The position numbers and the translations under genes are program-made. A stretch of 64,000 nt of DNA from sequence record MK599315.1; one strand, given 5' to 3'. Below, in pieces: positions 29,035-38,403 of this stretch. Under the pieces are notes generated by a model, which ran no database searches, was not told where the DNA came from, and saw nothing but the letters and a program-made list of their open reading frames with translations. The stretch's first letter is position 1. Every line of letters starts with the position of its first letter.

Positions 29035-29090
29035 CAACATAATTGCCCTCCTTCGGGAGGGCTTCTATTTCGTAAAGAGGAAAATCAAAA

Positions 29091-29471
29091 ATGAAACGTA
29101 AACTCGTAGATGTACAAGGTCTTCCCCGGCTTATCGTCGAACGTATCTCCAAACATCGCATGCATCACCATAAGGATCGTGGTTGCAGTCCGCTGATTGT
29201 ATTCGAACTGAATACCGCCCTCACTCGCATGGAAGTTCTTCTAGAGGCATTGTCTAAGATTGATTTCTATGACATGTCTCTTGTTCATGATCAGATCTTG
29301 TTTGACACAGAAGACGGCGATAACATCATCGCTATCTTCACTTCTTTCCAACGTCAGTTTATTGGACGCAATCCAACGACTGTTCTGCTTTTCGATGCAA
29401 TCATCGACCTGTGCACTACTCTCCACATTCGCGACGAAGAATGGTGGGTTGAATATAGCCGTTTCAATTAA
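29091..29471 (+). CDS. hypothetical protein
   Basis: GAGG RBS. Confidence 0.8.
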   Translation: MKRKLVDVQGLPRLIVERISKHRMHHHKDRGCSPLIVFELNTALTRMEVLLEALSKIDFYDMSLVHDQILFDTEDGDNIIAIFTSFQRQFIGRNPTTVLLFDAIIDLCTTLHIRDEEWWVEYSRFN

Positions 29472-29488
29472 CCAAAAGGAATATACAA

Positions 29489-30004
29489 ATGAAACATATC
29501 GTAGTTTATGGTAAACAGGGTGTAATCATCGCACGTGATAAAACCAATGAAGATACGGACATCCGTTTCGATTGGGGCTTGCGTCGAGAAGGTGACGAAG
29601 ATCTTGTAACCTATCGAGGTGAAACCGCGAAGCTTTTGGTTATCCAGTCTGGCGATTGGGCAGCAAATGAACTTGTCCGTAATCGTCTAAAAATTCTTGA
29701 CTTTGGTGGAAATATCATCGATGTCGATATCGTCGATGCTCTTACCGATGGACTGGGGAATCATAAAGGCGATATCTGTGTCGCTCTTTTTACTGACCAT
29801 TCGGTAACCACATTCACCCGTGATTACTCTGACAACAGTACTAGGGTCATCACAGATATCTATCCCGAAACTGGTATGAGTTTCGTTAAGTCTCCTGACG
29901 TTGATCTCGATGGACTGGAGGACGCCGATACCTTCGATGAATTCTCCCAGTTGTTCTGGAAGGATCTTGATCTGATCATTAACGGATGGTACGAATTCAA
30001 ATGA
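29489..30004 (+). CDS. hypothetical protein
   Basis: AAGGA RBS. Confidence 0.8.
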   Translation: MKHIVVYGKQGVIIARDKTNEDTDIRFDWGLRREGDEDLVTYRGETAKLLVIQSGDWAANELVRNRLKILDFGGNIIDVDIVDALTDGLGNHKGDICVALFTDHSVTTFTRDYSDNSTRVITDIYPETGMSFVKSPDVDLDGLEDADTFDEFSQLFWKDLDLIINGWYEFK

Positions 30005-30444
30005 GTGCTTTCATTCCTCAATGGCGTCGTGACACCAATAACATCGACCATAAATACGGCTTCGAACTGGCTGCATACGGTAACACCAACGGTTCCGGTA
30101 TCTATGCTTTCATCGAACGTCACGTCAAATACGTAAACAAGAAAAAGAAACAGGAACATGATGAAGTTATTCAAGTAATTCATCTTGGTAAACCGTATAT
30201 CCGTAACTGGGTACATTACCCGGTAATCAATTCTACTGATCTCGGTTTGTTGTTCGGTCATGATGATGACATGCTTGACGATGCTTACAACCGTATTCAA
30301 ACTGCGGAGTACGTATCGGTAGAGTTGATGGAATCTATTTCAAAAGAATATCAGGTCTATATCACAGCTGTGATTGACGATATCAAATACGTGTTCAGTC
30401 CTGAACGCACATTCAAGTCTGATGAGGGTTATGAAAATGGCTAA
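30001..30444 (+). CDS. hypothetical protein
   Basis: ATGA overlap at 30001. Confidence 0.75.
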   Translation: MSAFIPQWRRDTNNIDHKYGFELAAYGNTNGSGIYAFIERHVKYVNKKKKQEHDEVIQVIHLGKPYIRNWVHYPVINSTDLGLLFGHDDDMLDDAYNRIQTAEYVSVELMESISKEYQVYITAVIDDIKYVFSPERTFKSDEGYENG

Positions 30445-30760
30445 GTCTAAGGAACAGAAGAAAGCAGAAGCATTGGAACGTGGTCGTCATGCGTATCTGC
30501 GTGACAATCTTTACACCTTCTGCGGTTATATGCCTGGCGGTTCTCACTGGATTATTGACGGTGATCCGAACGAACAACTTGAAGGGATGTTGGTCCAATG
30601 CAAATTGGTGATGGATAAGGTGAAAGAGCTCAAGCTCAAAAATCTGACTGCCAACAAATCCATGTGGACCACCATGACAAGTTGGGATCCGCTACATGTA
30701 TTTACGTTCCTGATTGGACGTAAAAGAAAATTTGTTGGAGTTGATCCGACAAATGCATGA
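30437..30760 (+). CDS. hypothetical protein
   Basis: GAGG RBS; MAKSKEQKKAEA start similar to ORF 32934. Confidence 0.7.
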   Translation: MAKSKEQKKAEALERGRHAYLRDNLYTFCGYMPGGSHWIIDGDPNEQLEGMLVQCKLVMDKVKELKLKNLTANKSMWTTMTSWDPLHVFTFLIGRKRKFVGVDPTNA

Positions 30761-30982
30761 TGCCCACTGCGCTGAAATGCCCAAGGGTGATCCGTGCCGC
30801 CGTGATCTTTACGGTAATGGTTTCGTTCGGGAAGAAGAACTGAATAAGTTCGTTAAATGGTTGAAAGTAAGTCATCCGAAGTTCTTCACCACCTAAAACT
30901 GGATGTCCTATAACGAAATTATCAAACCCGTCCAACCTAAAGTTACAACTGCTTAATTCCATCAAGCCCTGAGGAAATAGAA

Positions 30983-31438
30983 ATGCCTAAAGTTAATTCC
31001 ATGCTCGAAAACAAACTCCGTGATCTGGCCAAGGACGAGCGTTACTACGCTGTGCTGACCGAACTGTTCCCGGCCATGATGCGTACCATGCCGTCTGGTC
31101 TGAACTACAAACCTGGTCGTGAAGGTGTTGTCGAGTTCCATCATCGCCTGGCTGAACTGAATGACATCGTTCGTGAGATTGATGTCAGTTGGGGTGGTAT
31201 GCCGATTGAAGACGAACCTTTCGTTAAATTGGCTACCATCGATTCTCTGGTGGTTCTTTCCACTCCGGTTGGTGTCCGTAAGTATGTTCACCAATGGCGT
31301 GATATCTGTAAAGCGCTGGAACTACCGGCAGACTCTGATGTATGGCGTGCACGTCAACCTGAAGGGGTTGATATGAAATCTGTCTGGGCTGAGTTCCAGG
31401 AGGAACTCATTGCTTATCTACGCGAGGTAGTAGTCTAA
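30983..31438 (+). CDS. hypothetical protein (tandem paralog A1)
   Basis: GAGG RBS; similar to 31438-31899. Confidence 0.8.
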   Translation: MPKVNSMLENKLRDLAKDERYYAVLTELFPAMMRTMPSGLNYKPGREGVVEFHHRLAELNDIVREIDVSWGGMPIEDEPFVKLATIDSLVVLSTPVGVRKYVHQWRDICKALELPADSDVWRARQPEGVDMKSVWAEFQEELIAYLREVVV

Positions 31439-31899
31439 TGGCTAAAGCAACCACCAACCCCATTATCCAGGAAAAACTGAACGAACTGCGATACGATAGC
31501 GACTGGCTTTACTACATGTCTATCCAATTTCCGAGTTGGATGTCCATGACGCCCGGAGCATCGAACTATAAAAACAGCATGACTCCAGATGAGTATTACG
31601 CACATATCCAAGCCTGGCGTTCGATGACGGATGATCTGATTCGTGTTCGTGAGGTTCTTGGTATCAGCATGAGCGGAATGACCAGTGAAACTCTGGTTCA
31701 TTTGGATGTTAATGAAGTTATGCGTGAGTTCAGTCTGTCGGCTACACTGCGTAACCATCGGAACCAATGGAAAGCTAATATGCTTTACCTAGGTCTTGAT
31801 TGCGGCGACCACCTCTGGCGTCCAAAAGAAAGAGAGCTGGTAGTTGGTCAAACTGAGTGGGCTCGTTTCCGCGAGGCCATCATCAATGGCGTTTACTAA
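31438..31899 (+). CDS. hypothetical protein (tandem paralog A2)
   Basis: TAATG overlap; similar to 30983-31438. Confidence 0.8.
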   Translation: MAKATTNPIIQEKLNELRYDSDWLYYMSIQFPSWMSMTPGASNYKNSMTPDEYYAHIQAWRSMTDDLIRVREVLGISMSGMTSETLVHLDVNEVMREFSLSATLRNHRNQWKANMLYLGLDCGDHLWRPKERELVVGQTEWARFREAIINGVY

Positions 31900-31908
31900 G
31901 GAACTAAA

Positions 31909-32502
31909 ATGAAAAAGCTTACTCTGGAAGCCCTCCGAGGCAAACTACATGCAATGGCTTTTCTGCGGGTCAACTATCATGGTTGGATCATTCAACGTAA
32001 TCGTGCAGCTGGCTACGATTTGATTAATATCGTTTATGACGATACCACTATCCTGGTAGGTACAGACGATCCCAAGCGGATTGGTTCTTTCAACAAATGG
32101 ATGTCGGGTGTAGAGAAAGGTTATCTCGAACCGGTTAATGCCACCATTCGAAAGATGTATTTGTCTCCTGAAGCTTTAGTCATGAATGGTGATTCCGAGG
32201 GTATGGATCTGGATGATCACCTCGGTTTCATCGGAGACGTACTTGGTAAGAATATCCAGGTCATAAAAGATGCTCGTCGTGAAAACAGTTTTGGTCATTA
32301 TGTTCTAAAAGATGACAAGCTGTGGTACGTACACTACATGCCAAGTATCTACAAAGTCAATACGGGTGAAATGTTGTTCACCTGTTTTGAAGGTGAATAC
32401 AAAAGTATTCCAGAATATCCGCAAACTTACGCTCCGGTAAGAATGCAGTTCAAGGTCGAATATAACCTTTCTGGTCGAGTGGAGCATCATGATGGAGACT
32501 AA
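31909..32502 (+). CDS. hypothetical protein
   Basis: AAGGA RBS. Confidence 0.8.
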   Translation: MKKLTLEALRGKLHAMAFLRVNYHGWIIQRNRAAGYDLINIVYDDTTILVGTDDPKRIGSFNKWMSGVEKGYLEPVNATIRKMYLSPEALVMNGDSEGMDLDDHLGFIGDVLGKNIQVIKDARRENSFGHYVLKDDKLWYVHYMPSIYKVNTGEMLFTCFEGEYKSIPEYPQTYAPVRMQFKVEYNLSGRVEHHDGD

Positions 32503-33001
32503 GAAATCAACGAAGACGCGTCGGCAGACTGCTGCATTTAAAAGAGCATTCGAGGCCTGGATGGTAATGGTTCGTAAGTTCCATTCTTATTCTGGTAAAG
32601 GCATACCAGACGTAGATGTGATGACTGACCTTCTCCATTGTCACAGGAATCTTCTGTGCGTGGCGAAAGAAAACGGCATCTACATGGATGTGATGGGTGT
32701 AGACCCTGCTAACCACACTGTCTATGAACATGCGAGCTGGTTGCTTTCGTATTCCTATTGGGACACGATCGTACATCTGAACTTTCAACTACCAAAGAAC
32801 AAGTTTAAAATCTGGTCAGAATATCCCGTCAGTGAACGACGCGCTTTCGGGAAGGCACTTAATGTGCTTGCACTGGCTTTTAAACATTACGATGAACACA
32901 AAGAATTCCTTCGTGAATTTAGGGATATTAAAAATGGCAAAAACGCAAAAGCAGAAAGCGCTGGAAGCAGCGACCCGGAAGCTGATCAAGTTCTACAGTG
33001 A
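32489..33001 (+). CDS. hypothetical protein (tandem paralog B1)
   Basis: WDTIVHLN...WSE...F motif shared with 32934-33380. Confidence 0.75.
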   Translation: MMETKKSTKTRRQTAAFKRAFEAWMVMVRKFHSYSGKGIPDVDVMTDLLHCHRNLLCVAKENGIYMDVMGVDPANHTVYEHASWLLSYSYWDTIVHLNFQLPKNKFKIWSEYPVSERRAFGKALNVLALAFKHYDEHKEFLREFRDIKNGKNAKAESAGSSDPEADQVLQ

Positions 33002-33380
33002 TACGTTTCCGATGTTGATCGTAGCTATCGAAATGTGCGAGGGTGATGGTTTCGACCATCGCCTTCGTGCGGTATTCGATGCCTATAAAAAGACCTGTAA
33101 GATGGCAGAAGAAGCAGGAGTTGATCTTAGCCTCTATGGGGTCAAGCTAACTGACGTGGATACGTTCACTGGTCTCCGCTGGTTCATTGAAGGTGACTAT
33201 ATCTGGGACATGATCAAGAAGCTCAATAAGGCGAAATATGATCAGGTTTCAGATCTTCCTCGCTTGACCGAATGGAGCGAGTTGGACAGTCATCAAAAAC
33301 TTCAGTTCACTCAAGGTCGTAATTACATTATCGATCGGCTTAAAGAAAAAGTCACTTACGATCGATTCAGAAACTATTAA
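32934..33380 (+). CDS. hypothetical protein (tandem paralog B2)
   Basis: AGGGA RBS, ATG 32934; WDMIKKLN...WSE...F. Confidence 0.75.
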   Translation: MAKTQKQKALEAATRKLIKFYSDTFPMLIVAIEMCEGDGFDHRLRAVFDAYKKTCKMAEEAGVDLSLYGVKLTDVDTFTGLRWFIEGDYIWDMIKKLNKAKYDQVSDLPRLTEWSELDSHQKLQFTQGRNYIIDRLKEKVTYDRFRNY

Positions 33381-33393
33381 AAGGAGATTGAAA

Positions 33394-33909
33394 ATGACTA
33401 AGACTCTTCATGTCGTACGTGTCCGGGACGGTATCGTCGATAGCCTCAATAACGAGGGTTTGTGGATCGACAAACATGTAAACTGTCTTGAAGACAAATG
33501 GGAAGCTTACAAGCAGACCGTTCAGTTTCAAAGCATGAACTGGGGTACTCTGTATTTCGTTAACGAGGTCGATCCGAGCACTGGTGGTGACCTTACTCCT
33601 TATCGTTATCATGAAGTATGGATCTGCCAGCGGGGCGTTGTACAGAAGCTGGATCTTGTCGGTGATCTCGAAACTGGTATGATTGGTCCTGACCATGTCG
33701 TTGCGATTGTAACTACAAACGACGGCATGGAATATGGTTTCGTAAACAGTGTCTGGGGTGATCGTCTGGATCACAGTCATTACTACGGGGATGCTATTAT
33801 GCTCCCTTGTGAGAACGCCCAAGAGGCTGCTGCTGTAAACCGCATCCTGGAGAAACTGTCGAATGGGATTACTTTGTCTGTCCCTCTTGTAATGAAGCGG
33901 ATCAAATAA
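33394..33909 (+). CDS. hypothetical protein
   Basis: AAGGAG RBS. Confidence 0.8.
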   Translation: MTKTLHVVRVRDGIVDSLNNEGLWIDKHVNCLEDKWEAYKQTVQFQSMNWGTLYFVNEVDPSTGGDLTPYRYHEVWICQRGVVQKLDLVGDLETGMIGPDHVVAIVTTNDGMEYGFVNSVWGDRLDHSHYYGDAIMLPCENAQEAAAVNRILEKLSNGITLSVPLVMKRIK

Positions 33910-33922
33910 AGGAGTACTTCAC

Positions 33923-34281
33923 ATGGACTACAAATGGCACGGTAAGTTCGTTGTAGAGATTCATGGTAATGGCTGTAGGAATGGATCTGGCACGAGTTAC
34001 CTGGTACGTGAAGGTTCTAAAAACACGATCAGCGTGACTATGCTATTATCTCCCGTATCGGTTTCCAGGATACTCTGTTACTCGAAGAGCATGAGGTTGA
34101 AGACTACCTGAATAACGTAGCTCCTTCGATCGCACATGCCATTTGGGAGTCCGAAGGGCGGCCGAGTGATAACCGCATGAATATCCGTGCTCTACGTATA
34201 GACATGGACAGTCTGTTCAATAGGTTCCAGATTTATTCTGGAAGTCCTATCGATATGGACGATAGCTACAAGGCCGTGTAA
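33923..34281 (+). CDS. hypothetical protein with apparent 1-bp frameshift at the A-run 34019-34023
   Basis: One extra A gives SKKHDQRDYAIISRIGFQDTLLLEEHEVEDYLNN...YKAV* ending at 34281. Confidence 0.65.
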
Positions 34282-34345
34282 GGCTCATAGACGATGGATG
34301 TTGTAAAAGGCATCCATCGTATGAGTTTATCAAGAGAAACGCATC

Positions 34346-34861
34346 ATGGACAAACCAGAGCTGTTGTATCATGGCTCTCTCTACAAACAGAAGGAACTCA
34401 TGCCGGGCTTTAAAAGGTCCGGTAAGTTAACAGTGTGGGATGGGGTTGAGTCTAACCTAAATCTTTATGCTACCTCTGTCAAACGAGAAGCTGAACTACT
34501 TGGAATAGGTAGTGCTGTAGAAAAAGAGTTTAACTCTGATCGCTTCGTTGAGATCAATGGTGATATATGGATCTTCTCCGATCGATTAATCACACTTGAA
34601 GAATTCCTCAAGTTGACGATTTATGTTTACACTATTCCCTTCCGCGATTCAGATGGATGGCAGAAGAATAATAATCCGTATAACAACATTGATACGGAAT
34701 GGACCACTCGGAATACTATCCACAATGTCACAGTTGAAGAGGTAGACCTTCGTGAAGTTATGAAGGGTAAAGTTGTTACTTCGACCACTGCACCCATGGA
34801 TACCGATTTCAAGGTTCTTCTGCGTCGATATCCGAAAGACGTATTGATGTATAAATTCTGA
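34346..34861 (+). CDS. putative ADP-ribosyltransferase-fold protein
   Basis: N-terminal LLYHGS and downstream LYATS as in H-Y-type ART folds. Confidence 0.5.
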   Translation: MDKPELLYHGSLYKQKELMPGFKRSGKLTVWDGVESNLNLYATSVKREAELLGIGSAVEKEFNSDRFVEINGDIWIFSDRLITLEEFLKLTIYVYTIPFRDSDGWQKNNNPYNNIDTEWTTRNTIHNVTVEEVDLREVMKGKVVTSTTAPMDTDFKVLLRRYPKDVLMYKF

Positions 34862-34902
34862 GAGCTCTTCGGAGCTCTCTTTATTCCGTCACGAGGTTTG
34901 AT

Positions 34903-35139
34903 ATGCTGACAGTTATCTTTAAGAGACATGACAAGCGTCATGAGCTCTGTATTGGCAATCCTGAAGATCTTATCGCTCTGTTGATTGTATTGCAGAATAG
35001 CGATGAGGTCAGTGAATATAAAGTTATTAACTCCGATTCAGGTGTAGTTAAAGACTTTAAGATTTCTTTTGGTTGGGGTAATGAGTTCTTTAGTAAGAAT
35101 GCTCCTGATGGTTTCACCTGGAGCAATAACCTTATCTAA
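34903..35139 (+). CDS. hypothetical protein
   Basis: GAGGT RBS. Confidence 0.7.
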   Translation: MLTVIFKRHDKRHELCIGNPEDLIALLIVLQNSDEVSEYKVINSDSGVVKDFKISFGWGNEFFSKNAPDGFTWSNNLI

Positions 35140-35381
35140 AAAAAGATAAGGAATTTTATACTGGATCACCTTGATCTAATGAGGGGGAGATTACCCCTCT
35201 TTATTCTTCTTTTAATATACACTGCCTTTAGGTACATCCGAAATGAGTATTAAACTCCCAATACAATCCAGCATAATAGTTCCTCGGATAGCAGCTACCT
35301 CAAGAGTAGCTGTACCGAGTAAGAATACACTCCCCACCCCCGTTGTATGTAATTACTTTAACCAAAAGAGGAAAATGCGAC

Positions 35382-36179
35382 ATGGCTAAATTCATTGGTA
35401 TCTACGACCGTTTCGATATGGAGAAGGTCAAACAGGTTTTCAAGCTAACTGAACTCGACGATCTGGAAATCATTCCCTGTAATGGAGAGAACTTGCTGAC
35501 TGGTGTAGTCGCTTACACTGGTGGTAACATCAGTCGTTATATGGAAGAGCAGCTTCATCAGGCTAAACTGATTCTGAATGGCCTCGGTATCTATTGCGAA
35601 CACAATGAAGTCGACGTAGAAGATTCCAGCGCCACTAAGGTATACCTTGGACCGCATGGTGATCTGTATCTGCTTTGTAAGAGCCATGTAGACTTCTTCG
35701 GAATGTCCCGTGAAGAAACCTGTTCACTGGGTATTGGTGATGGGTTCGCTCGTCCTGTTCAAATCCGTACCGACAACAACGAACACCTGTTCATTCGTGA
35801 GTTCTACTTCATGGGTGAACATAACGCACTGCGAAATGCTCGCCGCTATTTGCAACACATCGTTCGCCGGAGCCGGCTCCTGAAAGAATCGGATATGGAG
35901 GAGATTTCTCGTCGAGCTGCTGGTAAGGTTACCATCATCGGTATTACCAGCCATGGTGTTGTCTACGATCTGGTTTCTCCGAAAGCGATCAAACAAATCC
36001 GCGATACTCAATGGCGTCTGGATCCGATTGCTGAGCGTGTGGCTGGCTACACGATCTATCAGGTTACCAGTAAATGCCGTGAACTTCCGGTAGCAACTAA
36101 ATGGTCTCTGTTGGCTCTGGCTGATCGAGACTATCGTGATGCTGTTAACCAATTCCTCCCGGAACAAGGTACCGAATAA
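35382..36179 (+). CDS. hypothetical protein
   Basis: GAGG RBS, ATG 35382. Confidence 0.8.
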   Translation: MAKFIGIYDRFDMEKVKQVFKLTELDDLEIIPCNGENLLTGVVAYTGGNISRYMEEQLHQAKLILNGLGIYCEHNEVDVEDSSATKVYLGPHGDLYLLCKSHVDFFGMSREETCSLGIGDGFARPVQIRTDNNEHLFIREFYFMGEHNALRNARRYLQHIVRRSRLLKESDMEEISRRAAGKVTIIGITSHGVVYDLVSPKAIKQIRDTQWRLDPIAERVAGYTIYQVTSKCRELPVATKWSLLALADRDYRDAVNQFLPEQGTE

Positions 36180-36383
36180 TGTACTCTATCGCCTGGAATC
36201 AACTCGTTGATGATATTCTCAGTAAAGGCGTACTGCCTGTAACCATGAAGCTGAAGCTGAGATGCCCACTCGGGCAAGACCACAGGTGATAACAGTATAC
36301 GCGGACGGGATCTTCCCCGTCCGTGATATGTCGTGTCTTCCACATTCTCGTAAATCAGTTTATTACAAACAAGGAAATGAAGT

Positions 36384-36725
36384 ATGAACGCTATCGAACA
36401 AGTAAACGCTGTTGAACATGATGAGTACGTCGATCTGGTTTTCCCGTACATGATCGAGGATTTGGCTAACGCTGTCGATGGTGTTAACATCGCTGCATTG
36501 GAAGGTTTGGATTATCACATCGATAAGGCCCGCCAATACAAGGAAGAATGGGAACAGGCTGGTCTGAGTTTCAACCGTGCTTCTCTGATCTACCTTCTAA
36601 CCTTTATGCGTGTATTCATTCAGGATACCCCGAAGCACGAATCCTGTCAGTGGGTCATCAACAACTACGAGACTTATCTGCCGTTCTTGGAACGCGGTGA
36701 AGCCATCCATATTTTGGAGGAGTGA
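36384..36725 (+). CDS. hypothetical protein
   Basis: AAGGA RBS. Confidence 0.8.
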   Translation: MNAIEQVNAVEHDEYVDLVFPYMIEDLANAVDGVNIAALEGLDYHIDKARQYKEEWEQAGLSFNRASLIYLLTFMRVFIQDTPKHESCQWVINNYETYLPFLERGEAIHILEE

Positions 36726-37288
36726 ATATGAAAGGACAAATGCATTTCGCCCAGGCAGTTTTTGCCGATCAGGTTGTTTTCTTCGGTCGTAAGGATTGCG
36801 GTTTCAATACCCATGTCGTTCGCTTCCATGAAAATAACGACAACACTTACCATCCCCCGCAGGAAGAACGCAAACAGAAAATCAAGTGTATCATCATTGG
36901 TGGTGAAGATACTCTGGTTCGTCGTATTCGTGATCTGCTTTGGGATGATGATGTTGGCCGGTTTTACGATAGCTTTACTTCCGGCCATCTGAGTGAGATC
37001 CGCGCGTTGATCCAAGAAACTCATCACGATAACGGCGCTCAAGGTAACTGCCTGTTCATTAATGAACATCATCACGTTTATGATGTGTTCTGCGGTTATA
37101 CCTATAATACTTCGATTCCGTTGACGCAGTGGTATCCGGACACTGCTATTGCGAAATCGTTGTATCATGGGATGGAAACCGGAGAATTGAAGACCGTCAA
37201 ACTGTCGGGCTATGTGCCTGCAATGGAGCGTGTCGGTTTGCTCGCTGCGTGCGGGTATGATCGTTGGCGTGTAATTGACTTTGAGTGA
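36722..37288 (+). CDS. hypothetical protein
   Basis: GGAGG RBS, overlap with upstream stop. Confidence 0.8.
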   Translation: MNMKGQMHFAQAVFADQVVFFGRKDCGFNTHVVRFHENNDNTYHPPQEERKQKIKCIIIGGEDTLVRRIRDLLWDDDVGRFYDSFTSGHLSEIRALIQETHHDNGAQGNCLFINEHHHVYDVFCGYTYNTSIPLTQWYPDTAIAKSLYHGMETGELKTVKLSGYVPAMERVGLLAACGYDRWRVIDFE

Positions 37289-37497
37289 ATGAAATGACTT
37301 ATCGTGTTACTGTTCGTGCTAGTGAGCGAATTGAAGCTTCAGCCTTGAAAGGGCGGACTTCTTATCTCTGTGCAGAAAAGGATGAACCCCTAACTCTGCT
37401 CGGTCAGATTCCTGGGACTGATCAATTTGTGGTCAGTGTTCAGGATCGTGCACGTCCTCTGGTATTCAAAGCCAGGGAACATGAACTGAAGTTCTAG
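37285..37497 (+). CDS. hypothetical protein (small beta-barrel paralog family)
   Basis: VRASERIEA...LCAEKDEPLTLL. Confidence 0.7.
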   Translation: MNEMTYRVTVRASERIEASALKGRTSYLCAEKDEPLTLLGQIPGTDQFVVSVQDRARPLVFKAREHELKF

Positions 37498-37531
37498 AAA
37501 AAGTAGACCTCTATTCTAACCGTTTAGAGTC

Positions 37532-37539
37532 TATATTAC
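37532..37539 (+). promoter_or_regulatory. phiKZ-type early promoter motif TATATTAC
   Basis: Exact intergenic match. Confidence 0.7.
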
Positions 37540-37575
37540 TTTTATGCCGTTAAGCTTAACCAAAAGGAAAATGCA

Positions 37576-38403
37576 ATGAACTTCAATGAAAGTGTCACAG
37601 CTGTCATGAACATTTACGTTAATGATGGTGAAAATAAATATGCGAAATATGTAGCGCGAGCTGCGCGTGAGGAAATTAAGTCATTCAATCTGAGTGAACT
37701 CACCAAGAACCATCGGATGCGTATTTCCGATAACGTGGAACCACATCTTCTTCGTTTTCATTTGCCGGGAGAACAAACGCAAAAGCTTTACCCGTATCAT
37801 CAACTGATGCGTCGTCTGGCATATATCGAAGATTTCACCCTTAACGGCGACGTTAAGGTGGATGTAAAAATCGCACGTAATGTGTATCGTCCACCACACG
37901 TCGTGAACTTCAATGAAGGATTCTGGTTCGGTCCTGAAGTTCATTCGTACAAAATTTACAAGAACGCCCGAGGGAGAAAGGCTGAGTTCCGTCCCGGTTA
38001 CGACGATTTGATCGAAGACATCTATGTCGTCGGTGAAGGATCCTGGGCACAGAAATGTGCAGGTGAGATTCGTCGTATTTCCCGTGAAGGTAGCAAAGAA
38101 TATCGGTTCCCTATTGAGAAGATTAAAAAGCGGGAGTGGAGATATAAGTTCCTCCGTGGTCAATGCTTTATCATCTTCAAGTGTTATACCGGTCTGTTCA
38201 TTGTGACTTACGAACAACCTCTGCTTCAACGTTACATTGGAGATGAAGAAAGGAAGAACCTCGGTTACATGATCGGTGGGGAATATATTCCCGCACTCAC
38301 TGAAAACATGCTTTCGATGGCCAATCATGAGATTATCGAGAAGCATCCGATCCAAAATACCTACACACGTGGAAACTTCAGCTATGTGAGGGAAAAGAAA
38401 TGA
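37576..38403 (+). CDS. hypothetical protein
   Basis: AAGGA RBS, 275 aa. Confidence 0.8.
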   Translation: MNFNESVTAVMNIYVNDGENKYAKYVARAAREEIKSFNLSELTKNHRMRISDNVEPHLLRFHLPGEQTQKLYPYHQLMRRLAYIEDFTLNGDVKVDVKIARNVYRPPHVVNFNEGFWFGPEVHSYKIYKNARGRKAEFRPGYDDLIEDIYVVGEGSWAQKCAGEIRRISREGSKEYRFPIEKIKKREWRYKFLRGQCFIIFKCYTGLFIVTYEQPLLQRYIGDEERKNLGYMIGGEYIPALTENMLSMANHEIIEKHPIQNTYTRGNFSYVREKK

